DNA of 64,000 nucleotides from Camelus ferus (lineage: Eukaryota). A model generated the notes under the pieces. The model ran no database searches and was not told the DNA's origin. It saw nothing but the letters and a program-made list of their open reading frames with translations. The translations under genes and the position numbers were made by a program. Below, piece by piece: positions 50,761-62,969 of the stretch (positions within the stretch are counted from its first letter, which is position 1; each line of letters starts with the position of its first letter). The stretch is from positions 14,014,001-14,078,000 of the forward strand of contig NC_045697.1 of NCBI RefSeq assembly GCF_009834535.1, in the 5' to 3' direction.

Positions 50761-52672
50761 CGGCCATTGCTGGAAAGGGCGATAACAAATTACATTTCCG
50801 TGTAGACTTCTAAAGAAAAACTAAAACTCAATTAATGGGGAGGGTTATGAGTTTTTTTAGTTGTATCGGACATAGGATGTTGGTTAGATCACAGTGAAGC
50901 AAGCACCAGCCAAGCAGTGGAGGGAGTGCAGAATAGGAATGACTGGTTTTAGATCCGTTTACAATTTCTCAAAGCTCTTGTTTTTCTCTCGTTGTTTTCC
51001 CCCTCGCATTTCCTTTATGGACACGCCTCAGTTTGGGGGATTTCGCTAGCGTCTCACAGGCTAATCTGCTGCAGGGTCACATGCTCCTGCTCCGTTGCGT
51101 TCGGTCCCAGCGCGAGGAGTTGCGGTCGTCCCTCCGTCTTCCTGGAGGGACGTCGTGAGAAGCTGCTGTGGCGCTTACTCCCCTGTTTATGCAGAAACGT
51201 GTCTGAGGACATTAGGCACCGTCTCAGCACGTGACGGCTCACGTAGTTGTATCCCCTGCTGCAGCACTGGGGAAAGTAAATGTGTGTTTCCTGGATAGCT
51301 GGGCTTCTTTTAATCTCAAAGACGGGGCCTCTTTCCTCTTTGCCAGAAACACGGAATTAGGTCTGCTTCTTACCTAGGACAAGGGTTTCCATAAAGGAAC
51401 ACCTCGTCTCTCACCCTTCACCACAAGTTCCTCGTCTATTCCTGCATCCTCTGGTGTAAACTGCCTAAGATCCTTTCTGCATCAGATACCAGAATGTATA
51501 GATACCATGAAACTTGCTCCCCACCCGCTCCACCACCCTCAAGCCTGTATTCTCAAACTGCTGCTACCAGGTCCTCATTCGGCCTTTAATTTCCCGGAGC
51601 GGCAGGCCGTGGGTAAGAGTGTGTGTCCTTCCCTTCCCCCGTAGCCTGCAGCTCCTTCCCTGCCCCCGTGCACCCGCCGTGGACACGCACACACCGACAC
51701 AGGACACACACTGACTCTTTCTCATGTGCCGAGAGACTGTCTGGGAGAAACCCAACCTGCTGTGTCTTGACAGACTCCATTGGCTACTAAAGATGATTAA
51801 TACATCAAATATAAGCACTTTGTACTTGGATCTGTTAGGCTGACAGTCTTGTATCCTTACCTGGGGAATCTACACTTTTCTCTTGTTGGTAATATTTTTT
51901 CTCAGACCCCAGAAAGATGTTAAAGAGGGAACTTTCCTCTAAAACACACCATAATCTGTTCAAGATCATTTCTAAAACAACCCTTTCCTGTGCTACCAAG
52001 AAAAAATAATGCAGGGGGAGAGATGCTATTTTATTAAGGTTAAAAAGTTGCCTATAATGCCAAGGGCATAAATGGGGCTAGGAAGACCAGGTCCTCAGAG
52101 GCAGCATCCTGCCTCTATGTTTACAGCAAGTATTTGGTTTTTTCTAAGACAGAGCAGCCATTCCAGAGCTGCCTGCCTGGCAGAGACAGAGCAGGAAGGG
52201 CCAAGCACATCTTTTTATGGAAGTCAGATAAATTTCATGCTCTCTAACATCGCCTCTGACTGCAGGCCTCTCACCGCAGTCTGGCTCCTTCCCCAGTGGG
52301 AACAAAAGAGGAAAAGTGATTAAAGTTCCCTCAGTAATAGGCAGCAGGAGGCAGTAGTCTTGGCGTCTTCTACAGAGGCAGGGAGAGTCCTTTAACAAGA
52401 CTTGTGAGAGCTCTTTGAAGCAGAGCAGTTGAGACTCACGGGGCTGGTAGAGGTCTGTCGAAACATTTGTTCATTTCCTCTGCTTTGTGTGGCTGCTTTG
52501 ACTTCCTGTAACAGCGTCACCCTCTTCATTAAAATGTTCGAGATAAAAGAAGGAAAGTGAAGTTGAGCTCCTAGCGGGGCCAGGGTTCACTGTGCTCTGC
52601 TGTGTGAGTAGGAGTGTTCAGAACTTGACTTCTGTGAGGCTTTCAAAGAGAGAAAGATGATCACCAAATCCA

Positions 52673-52730
52673 GTGTGTGTGTGTGTGTGTGTGTCTGTGT
52701 GTCTGTGTGAAAAAGACAGAGAGAGAGAGC
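52673..52730. repeat. (GT)n followed by (GA)n microsatellite
   Basis: Read directly from sequence. Confidence 0.9.
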
Positions 52731-55532
52731 AAGAGCGTATGAACGAAGGAATGGATGCATGACAGGAGAGGGTTTTCTCGCTACGCTTAGGTGGCCCAGG
52801 ATTTTGGATGGCCAGCATTGTCTTTGCCTCGGTCTAGTGGACTGACTAGCGGACCAAACCCCTGGACCTTTCTCTCTCTTTAAAAAGAAAGGGGAGGGAA
52901 GAAAAAAAGGTTTGCAATCAGTATTCAGACATTCTTATAACTAATAGGATTAGGGGCGGTACAAAGGGATTTGAACAAGATAATTAGTTTACTGCTTAGT
53001 CGACAGTGGAGCAAGCAAAATCCTTCTGAGAAAAGGCAGACAAAATAGGTCAGAAACTGTGTGGGAAATGAGGTAAGATCTCGCGACGCGGACCCTGACT
53101 GACTTGAACATTGTGAAAGGGCTGAAGAGCCTTCACTCACTGCGGCAGACTGTGTGCCTTTTTCTTCTTTTTTCCCCTCAACTTGGCCACCAGAGGTGCG
53201 AAGAAAAGTGACTTAGAGTTAACGGGTCTGTCCTAAGTGCATAAATGCTGCCTTCAAAGGACTTCTCACCGTGTGATATGAAGAGAATATTTTGGAAAAT
53301 CTGTCCTTATCAGGCATTTTACAAGCTAGAGAAAAATTATACAATTAGGAGAACACTTTAAAAAAAAATCCTTGATGTTCTTGAATAGATTCATTACTTT
53401 AATTTCCAAAAAAACCCTTGTGAACAGAAACATGAGGGGTGTGTTCTATGCTTAATTAAAGTGTTTGTTTGAGTATGTGGGCTCTAATTTGGACCGTTTT
53501 GGCTGTGATAAAATATACTTAAGAAGAACCATAGTTTTTTTTTTTTTTATTACAAAAAGTAATTTTTTTTCTTTTTTAACTACGTTGCATTCTCTTACCT
53601 CCTCCCCATCCTCTTAAAAAACCACGTTACCTATGGTACAATTGCTGTCAGTGAATTAAAGAATATTTGCAAAATAATCATAGGGAAAAAAGTCTTCAAC
53701 GCATCTTTGTGTGTGGACACCATACACTTTATTTGGTTAGCTTCTGAATCAGCCACCACCGGCCAGATCAAAACCAGTGGGAGTTGCCAGAAAGCCTTTT
53801 GGCCTGGCGTTGGCACAGCCTTGGCTTAAGGCCGACAGAGGAAAGAGCAGGCATTTCTGCCCCGTGACCCATCCAAGGGCTCCACGGAGGTGGAACTTTC
53901 ATTACCTACCCAGAGGTGAAAGAAGGGCAGTTTGACAAAAGAATTTGTTGGACAAGGAAAGCAATTAAACCCCCTTAATGACACGTTGTTAAAATATGAC
54001 CTGATAATTAACGTAAATAAAGAAGCCCAAATATGTGTTTTTATATTCCCAGCAATTGGTTTGTTTATAGTCCTTTCTCCTGTTTAGACAAAATACATTG
54101 TATATTCTTTTCATGTCAAAATAAAACCACCATGTCATTTCCCCCTCTCAGTGTAGGAAGCTGTTTCTGCCATCATATCATCATTCTTGGTCTAATTTTA
54201 GGATTCAGTGTGAAATTAATCTCCCAGAAAAAGAGAGCAATAATGCAGAGCCACGTTACATGGTTGATGAGCGAGTTACTCTCTGAACAAGGATACCCAA
54301 CTGGCTAGTGGGTTTTTAACTCCAGCTTTCCGAGCAGAAGGAATGCCTTCATTATTTATCTATAATTTGTCTGCCTCTTTCTAATTTATTCAAAGATGCT
54401 CTGTACACGATGATAGAGTTTAATGATTAGTACTCATCTTTAATTACTGTGAGTGATACATGTGTTTGGAGGGTAAAATTCCTTGGATAACTAATTCTGA
54501 CTGAAAATCAATGTATTAATAGATGGTTTCAGACAAAAGTTCTCTTAAATTGCATTTAGTAAGGACTTAGGCTGTCAAATACTTACCTAATACTTAATTT
54601 GAATTAAAAGAGTTACAGACTCTCTTGTGTCTACCTCTCTGTGTTTTGGACTTGGAGAAATATCAACAGGAGAAATAACAGGGTTCCTGAATTCCGGAGG
54701 ATAGCCCTCTGCTGAAGGCAGATTCTGGCTCTGAAGCAAGGGCACCGAGCAGACTGGGATGCAGGCAGAGGGGTGGGAGGGCGCGGAGTGGGGGGAGGGG
54801 GGTGGAGGAAAGAATATCTCTTGCGGGAGATGAGATTTCAGCTCATTGGACTTCACCATTAAAATAAGAAAAAGGACTTATATCTTGGGGTGACTGGGTC
54901 TGAACCTTGAGAAAATGCTGAGGGGTGGTGAGGGGAAGGCATGTTCAATAAAGGATTGGATTGGATCACAGATGTATGGAATGTGGTGGGATATAAGTGA
55001 GAAGATAGGATGGAATAATTAGAGGAGGAACTTTGTCGTCAGGTCGTTACTCTGTTTGCATTAGAGATCCACTTAACAGATTTAGAGAAAGAGGTGATTA
55101 AATGAGGTTCACGTTAAAATAAAGAAGTGATGGCACAATCTGCTAGTTGCTTTGATTTTGGGAGGGGTGCTGACGGGTGGAGATTTGAAGGAGTAAATTG
55201 GAGCTAGAAAGTCTGTTTTTAGGAAGCTAATATTACAGTTTAGGTGAAAAGTGTTAAGGCCTGGCCAAGAGTAATGGTGGTAGAAATAGAAAGAAAATTA
55301 CAGATGCAAGGAACATTTTGAAGTTATCCAAATTCTAAAAATTGAGAACATATCGCATATGGAGTTTCGTCTCCCGCATAATCGCTTACCATAGCAAAAT
55401 GAACATATCCTCGTATTATTAATTATTCTTGGGATCGTTAACTTTAATTATTGTCTGATAGTACTGAACTATAATTTATATGTCCTGCCATATATATCAT
55501 CTCATAGTAAGCATTCGAATCATAAGAATCCT

Positions 55533-56202
55533 GTACCTAATCAAACTTACAAGCTTTTGCACAGCAAAGGAAACCATAAACAAAGCAAAAAGACAACTTA
55601 TGAACTTGGAGAAAATATTTGCAAACAATGTGACTGACAAATGCTTTATTTCCAGAATATATACATGTCTCATACACAACTCAATAACAAAAACCAAACA
55701 ACCCAATCAAAAAATGGGCAGAAGACCTAAACAGATATTTCTCCAATGAAGACATACAGATGGCCAATAGGCACTTGAAAAGATGCTCAATGTTGCTAAT
55801 TATCAGAGAAATGCCAATCAAAACTACAATGAGGTATCACCTCACAATGACCAGAATGGCCATCATTAAAAAGTTCATAAATAACGAATGCTGGAGAGGG
55901 TGTGAGGAAAAGGGAACTCTCCTGCACTGTTGTTAGAAATGTAATTTGGTGCAGCTGTTATGGAAAACATTATGGAGATTCTTTAAAAATCTAAGAATAG
56001 TTACCCTGTGATCAAGCAACTCCACTCCTGGGTGTATATCCAGAGAAAACTCCCATTCAAAAAGATACATGCACCCCAGTGTTCATAGCAGCACTCTTTA
56101 CAATAGCCAAGGCATGGAAGCAACCTAAATGCCCATCGGCAGGTGACTGGATAAAGAAGTTATGGTATATATATATACACACGCGCGCGTGCGCGCGCGC
56201 AC

Positions 56203-56246
<44 letters not shown>

Positions 56247-56705
56247 GAATGGAATACTACTCAGTCATAAAAAAGAATGAAATAATGCCATTTGCAGCAA
56301 CATGAATGGACCTGGAGATCATCATACTAAGTGAAGTAGGTCAGACAGAGAAAAGACAAATATCTTATGATATCACTTATATGTGGAATCTTAAAAAAAT
56401 GATACAAATGAACTTATTTATAAAACAGAAACAGACTCACAGACATAGAAAACAAACATGTTTACCAAAGGGGAAAAGGGTAGGGAAGGGATAAATTAGG
56501 AGTTTGGGATTGCCAGATACAAACTATTATATGTAAAAGAGATAAACAGCAAGGATTTACTGTATAGCACAGGGAACCACATTTACTATCTTGTAATAAC
56601 CTGTAATGAAAAAGAATATATATATATATGTGCAATAACTGAATCACTGTGCTGTACACCAGAAACCAACATAATATTGTAAATCAACTATACTTCAATT
56701 TAAAA
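55533..56705 (+). mobile_element. 5'-truncated lineage-specific L1 (~1.17 kb)
   Basis: ORF remnants [20 protein letters not shown] and MFIAALFTIAKAWKQPKCPS (L1 ORF2); 3' UTR and tail; degraded TSD aatcataagaatcct (55518-55532) / aatcattgaagtcct (56706-56720). Confidence 0.95.
56165..56244. repeat. 80-nt uninterrupted alternating purine-pyrimidine tract (TA)n(CA)n(CG)n(CA)n
   Basis: gtatatatatatacacacgcgcgcgtgcgcgcgcgcacacacgcacac...acac read directly. Confidence 0.95.
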
Positions 56706-57130
56706 AATCATTGAAGTCCTTCTGAAGTTGTGAGGCCTCATATTATGAACAGCCACTTTCCAGAGCAGAAGATTAAGTACTCAAATGAGCAAATGACGTC
56801 CCTGCACAAAACGTCCATTAGCTTCCCCAAAGTCACACCACCTCTTAAAACAATCTAGGTAACAACTGTGTAATTGCTAAGGCAGTCAGTACTTCCATAT
56901 GAGCACCTGGCCTCCTTCCTTCCATCATGTTTCCATCCCTAGAACCCATCTTACGGAAAATCTGGAGTTGTCTCAGATGAGGCCCATGAGGTCATTTTTT
57001 TTTAATGGAGTTTCCTGGATTCTGAGATACTCTGAATCTCAAGACCACTGTAATATGAAATCTGCAAGCCTCTAATTTGATATTGAGAGCACCTTGCTCA
57101 GTGACGAAATTTTGTGCTACTTTTCTGAAT

Positions 57131-57193
57131 ATTTGTCTTCTGATTTTAACATTTGTCTTCTGATGTTTTTAATTTTACTATTTGTCTTCTGAT
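57131..57193. repeat. Three copies of the 14-mer ATTTGTCTTCTGAT
   Basis: Copies at 57131-57144, 57151-57164 and 57180-57193. Confidence 0.9.
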
Positions 57194-57238
57194 ATTTCAA
57201 CATGAAACATTAAATTAATTAAAATTACTTGTTTAGAT

Positions 57239-57428
57239 CAGGGATCTGCCAACTACAGCCTACAAGGCAAATCCTGCCCTTTGATAGGTCTTGTAAGTAA
57301 AGTTTCATTGGAACACAACCACATCCATTTCTTACTACAATCATAGAACTGTAACAGAAACCATATGACTTGCACAGCCTAAAACATTTACTGTCTGGCC
57401 CTTTACAGAAGAAGTCTGCTGACCCTTG
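57239..57428 (+). mobile_element. MER58A-like hAT-Charlie MITE
   Basis: cagggatctgccaactacagcc...aaagtttcattggaacaca...ctggccctttacagaagaagtctgctgacccttg; perfect 8-bp TSD GTTTAGAT at 57231-57238 and 57429-57436. Confidence 0.92.
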
Positions 57429-57679
57429 GTTTAGATACAAAATAATTGTGTTGCACTGTTTCTTGATCAGCAATGCTTAAATTGATGAAAAACAGCTTTC
57501 TTTGTAAAAGAAGACAAAGTCTGAAAACTAGAGAGAATGTAAAATGCAAGCTATTGAATCACCTTAGGGTTAGCTACAAGGATTAAGGAGATAACATACA
57601 TAAAACATTTAGAAAATCATCTGGAATACAGTAAACGCTTAATAAATGTAACATTTTTGTCAAATTCACTTCGTGACCT

Positions 57680-58735
57680 CATTCAGTTTCTTGAATTTAG
57701 ATCCTCTATGTACTCCCAAATTTGTATCCCTAGCCAGCCTCTGATCTCCAGAATCCAGACTCGCATCCCACTGCCTACCTTCCATCTCCATTTGGATGTC
57801 TGATTGGCAGAATCTCCATCTTACGTGCAAATCTGAGTTCCTGGCCCTGCTTCCCAAACCAGCTGCTCCTGCTTATTTTCTCTTCTCAAGAATGGCATCT
57901 TCTACTTGCTCAAGTCAAGCAACCATGGTCTTCCTTGACGGCCCTCTTGAACACCACTCCATATTCAGTCCTAAAGCAAATCCTGCTAATTCTACATTCA
58001 AAATAGATGCAGAATCTTACCACAGCTCATCATCTCCACTGCTTGGCCCAAGCTGCCAACAACACTCACTCAGTTATCAAAATAACCTCTTAACTGCTTT
58101 TTTAGCTTCCACTTTACCTCCTTTCCTGTGATTTTCCAAACAGCAGCCTGAGTGATGCTGTTAAAACCTGCTAGACGATGTCACCTCTGCAGTGGTCTGT
58201 GTTGCTGTGGCCTCCTAGAAGCCGAGTGGCTTCATCACGGGTCTTCTAGTCCCCACCTGATCTTGACTCCCATACTCTCTCCGAGAAGTCACCTCCCGCA
58301 ACGCTCACCCTGCTCATTCTGTTCATCAACACTTGGCACCTTGCTGTTACCACAGTATGTCTGAATATTTCCACCTCAGGTCCTTTGCACTTGCTGCTCT
58401 CTCTGCCTGGCATGTTCTTCCCCCCGTTAGCCCCACAGCTTGCTACCTCCTTCATATCCTTTTTATAAATCTTTTTCAGATTTTATCAATGCAGGCAAGA
58501 CTATATAAAATTTTATTCTTTAAACTCCTTACTTCATATTCCCCTTCCCTGCTCTATTTTTCTCCAGAGTTTCTTATCATCTGACATACTGTGTTGTTTA
58601 CTTATCTGCTACTATCTGTCTTCTTTCACTAGGGTGTTAGCTCTGTGAGCATTAAGTCTCATTTACAGCCATCATCCAGAAAGTAAAGTAGAACTCTGCA
58701 CAGGAAAGGTGCTTGATATATATTTGTTGGGTGGA
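57680..58735 (+). mobile_element. L2a-like 3' fragment
   Basis: ccagactcgcatcccactgcctaccttccatctccatttggatgtc; ccacctcaggtcctttgcacttgctgctctctctgcctggcatg; gtgcttgatatatatttgttg. Confidence 0.85.
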
Positions 58736-58865
58736 TTATTCTTTTCCTCATCATTTTCAAGGGTACCACCTACTGCATACTAACCGTGTTAGACACAGTG
58801 CAGAGGTATTATTTCCATCCTACAGATGAGACCCACAGAGGCTAAAATGTGTTGTTTGAGGCCAG

Positions 58866-59315
58866 TGCATTAGTTTGCTAGAACTGCTGTAGCAAAGGGT
58901 GACACAAATGGGGTGGCTTAAACAGCAGAAATGTATTGTCTCCCAGTGCTTTTGGCCTGAAGTGGCAGGTGTCAGCAGGGTTGGCTCTTTCCCTGGGCTG
59001 TGAGCAGGACTCAGTTCCATGGCTCTCACCATACTTTCTGGGGGTGACGTTCCTTGGCTTGTTGCAGAATCACCCCATCTCTGCCCTCTCTATGTGGCAT
59101 TCTCCCTTCATGTACGTCTGTCTTGGTGTTCAAATTTACCCTTTTTATAAGGACACCAGCCTTCTTGGTTTAGGGCCCACCTTCATGATCTCATTTTAAC
59201 TTGATGACCTCTGTGAAAACCGTCTCTCCAAATAAGGTCACATTCTGAGTGTCTGGGGTGGGGAGTTGGGACTTCAGCATATGAATTTGAGGGGAACACA
59301 GTTCAACCACTAATA
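58866..59315 (-). mobile_element. MLT1B/C-like ERVL-MaLR solo LTR inserted into a MIR
   Basis: tgcattagtttgctagaactgctgtagcaaa...ggcttaaacagcagaaatgtattgtctcccag...tccaaataaggtcacattctgag...atgaatttgaggggaacacagttcaacc. Confidence 0.88.
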
Positions 59316-60999
59316 ACCACTCATTTCTTTAGTAAAGGGGCTTTGTTTCAAACTTGGATTACAAAGCTCCCAATATACTAATATCTGAATCCATTTGTGT
59401 GGATTTAGTGATTGTTATTAAGTGTTTGCTTTGTGCTGTGGACTCTGCTAGGAACTGTAGATAAATGGAGTTCAGCCCCTGCCCTTGAGAAACACTGCAA
59501 AGCAGGAGAGAAAGACATAAAGTTAAGACCTAGGACTCAAAAATGGCTCATCTGCCATTTTTGAATGTATAGCGTTTTCCATCTCTTAGGGTTCTTTTGC
59601 CAAAGCCTTCTAATGAAATAGTTCCACCACTTAATTTAATTTTCAGTGAGGTTGCCAGAAGTGCAATTAATCGATAAAAGTCCCAACTATGAAAAGTTCG
59701 CTTTGGACAGCAGTCTGCCATATCTTTAAATACCATTAAATTCAATCATACGCTGGTCATCCTGGCAGAACATCTTGATATACTTGAAGAAACATAGTAG
59801 GGGAAATAAAAAAAAAATGTATATTGTCAGAGCTACACTGTGGGGTTTCCAGATACAAATGTTAGCACGATGGGGTTATACCGATCCATCATTAGGCTGC
59901 ATCTCCCTGGAGTTGAAACTACATCTGGGCTTGGCAAGGATGCATTATCACCAGTCAGAGTGCGAGCCTTGTGTCAGTCTCCCAAAGAAGATACATTGTC
60001 CTGTGTACCGTTAGGATTGGATATGCTTATGTTGCAGACTTTAAATCAATTTCTGAAACCTTTCTACAGATGTTGACTGCTGCAGGTTTGTAAATAGCAT
60101 AGTATATTGTGAGCTTCAGCAGATGCATACAGCCTCAGAAAGCACTGAAATATAGGCAAGAGAAAACAACACAAAGAGTAAAACAGGGGCCGCACAAAAT
60201 CCACTGAAATGATCTCATCGGTTTCGTGACGTCTGTTAAATAATATCACCGATGAAATTGAAGTTGCCATTTTCTCAGGTGGATGCAGAGCCTTTGTGAC
60301 TTAAATTCTAGAAGCTACTTTAGAACCCTTATTTGACATGGATTGGATTTGTTTGTAAAGTGCAGTGTACGCCGGCCAATATTGAGATAACTTCCATTTC
60401 TTCTGTGTCCAACTAAAATGCATTTCGTTAATTATACGCTAGTGTTTGGAGAAGTGGATAGGCATGATTTTTAGCAAATTCACCAGTGAAGGAGTTAGGA
60501 TGACCCGACAAAACCAGGCCTTTACAAAGCACTTTAGTTTCTCTGCACATCTGAGCACAGGTTTTTCCCTGCAATCAAAATTGTACTCCACCCTGACTAA
60601 AATATCTGACTTGGAGTCGACAGGACTTTTTACCCAAGCCCACAACAGGATTACTTGGAAAGGGGAAGCTTCCATGTGAAAAAAAAAATTATCTTCTTAA
60701 ACAGCAAATGTTTGGTTCCTAAACAGCAAACTAATAAACAATGTGATTTTAATATGGACTTTAAATCCGCTCCTGGTGAACACCTGTGGTGGTCAGAGCA
60801 GCAGAGGGGGCGGCTGTGTCCTGGTCCAGCTCAGATCCTCTTCTTCTACAACCTGGATTTTATCTCATTCACTGATGCCCTTGTCACTAATATGTCTTGT
60901 GCCCCATGGACAAGTGACCGTTTCCTTGCATCTTGATGTCTTTATACTTCTTGCAAAGAATTTACAATCTTTCATATAAATTTGGCACAAATGCAGAGG

Positions 61000-61125
61000 T
61001 TTTTTTTGGGTGGGGGGTGGGGAGATAATTAGGTTGGTTATTTATTTATTTTCAGAGGAGGTACAGGGGATTGAACCCAGGACCTCATGCATGCTTAGCA
61101 TGCACTCTAGCTATACCTTCCCTCT
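61000..61125 (-). mobile_element. Camelid vic-1-like SINE, A-box region partly deleted
   Basis: Reverse complement ggtatagctagagtgcatgctaagcatgcatgaggtcctgggttcaatcccctgtacctcc; TSD caaatgcag at 60988-60996 and 61126-61134. Confidence 0.88.
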
Positions 61126-61242
61126 CAAATGCAGTTTTAATACAGCCAACAGCATGGTTTGTTTCCTTCCTATGCGCACTCGCTGTGAAATGATAGTGGC
61201 ACTGGTAACTGAGGCCCCTGCTGCCTTGTCCAAACATACACT

Positions 61243-61320
61243 TTCATTCATTCATTCATTCATTTATTCACTCACTCACTCATTCTCTCTTTTTCTCTTC
61301 CCCTTTCTCTCTCTCTAAAA
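61243..61320. repeat. (TCAT)n/(TCAC)n plus CT-rich low-complexity tract
   Basis: ttcattcattcattcattcatttattcactcactcactcattctctc; possibly an L2 tail remnant. Confidence 0.7.
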
Positions 61321-62969
61321 GACAAACAAACAGGTACTCACACAAATACACAGTATGCACACACATACTCATAATCAGTGTCCTTTACGTCTGAGTTAAA
61401 GATGTTACAGCCTTTGAGGTCTGCTTAGAAGAGAGCAACTTAACTTCCAAGGTGCAAGAAAGGCTTCTCGACAACACCTGCCCCCTGCCCACCAGGCGCC
61501 GACTATGGTCCCTCCTTTGTAGATCATCGAACATCCCGTCTGCAGACATTGCATCTTCTGCACCACAGCCCAGAACTTACTTGTTAACTAGTTTGTTTCC
61601 ACTCAATAAAGACTGTAAAGTCTTTTACTGAGAAAAAGTTTTCTATGTAATTATTATGTCCCAGGCATGATTTAGCCTAGTTGGAAAACCCAACTCAGAT
61701 TGTAATAAACAAGAATAGAATAATATCACAACCAAGCAAATGAATCCATCAAAGTATGCGTAGGTCACTTTGTGAGAGTGGAGAAAGAAAAATACAAATG
61801 TGATGGTCGTGGGTGGGGAGGAAAATGGGGAGAAAGGAAAACGAGTTTTAGATGGAGGTCTTAATGAGCTCATGGCTACTCCTCAGGGGAGAAAGGAGGT
61901 GTGTGTGGGGTGAGGGGCAGGTGGACAGGGTGGTATTACAGGGGCCCCCAGCCAAGTAGGAGGAGGCGGAGTGTGTTGGGAAAGGGGACCAGCATCATGA
62001 ATGCTATGGAACATGGATACATGGATGAGGCTACAACATGAAACTGGAAAAGGAACAAAATCACACACTGCAGATTTCAAAAGCTCTGTAAAGTAGGAGG
62101 AAGTGAGTATGTTTGTGTTTTAAGAGTTACTCACTTGGAGCCGGGGAGGACGACTTGGAGAGGGCACAGCTTGGAAGCAGAGTCTTCATGTGCTCGGTGA
62201 GATTTATCTTGAGAGTGAGGCAGAAATGTTAGGAGGCTTTGCTGCATTGCCAGTGAGCCCCATGGAAGTTTCCCTTCAACTGAAATGATGGCTAAAGTTG
62301 CATGTCTGCTTACTGTTTTCCTAGGGGATGTTTAGACAGGTTACAGATTGAGACTTTTTCAGTTGTGAGAGAAGGCTGAGGAATATAAAAGGAAGTGAAA
62401 ATTTTGCTAATAACATATTGAAATAGAAAAAGGTACTTTTCCTTGCTCCAGTAGTTTGGAAGTGACTAGAATAAGTCACATGAATATGAGTCTTAGACTT
62501 GAATAGAATTTTGTGTCTCATAGGTCACATCATGCCTGGGAAGTCTCTGGGTTCTTTATAGCAATATATCAAGGAATGCAGTGGCATTTTCCCCATATAC
62601 TGTGCACATTATTTGTGGGTGCACACACACAGCTTTGGTGATTATAAAGTCTTTTATTAAAAGACAAAGTATTGAGTAGGGCACAATGGATTCACTTTGG
62701 TCTTTTTAAAAGGCCTTCTGAAATTCTGACTTACATTTTACTGTGCACAGACACAAACGGATTGGATTTAATTTCTTTCCACATGAGAGATAGCTGCCTT
62801 CTTGGAAAAGATCTAAAATATTTCTTGAGGACAGAACCTTGGAGACTAAAGGTTCAAGAGATCGGTGCTTTAGGGGACAAGGCATATAAATGATACATTT
62901 TCTCATAAAGTTTAAATGCATTTTAGCCCAAGCAGTTAACTTTTAGCTCAAGGCGCTTGCATGAATTGG

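Noticed and set aside
53183..53200. Third CTCF site (GGCCACCAGAGGTGCG)
   Set aside because: The 3' half departs from the GGC core; too weak to call
57131..57193. CRISPR-like repeat-spacer array
   Set aside because: Eukaryotic context, only three 14-nt repeats, very short unequal spacers and no cas genes
60226..60255. SECIS element in the hairpin
   Set aside because: GTGA-to-AAA spacing is too short for the SECIS helix and no selenoprotein CDS is present
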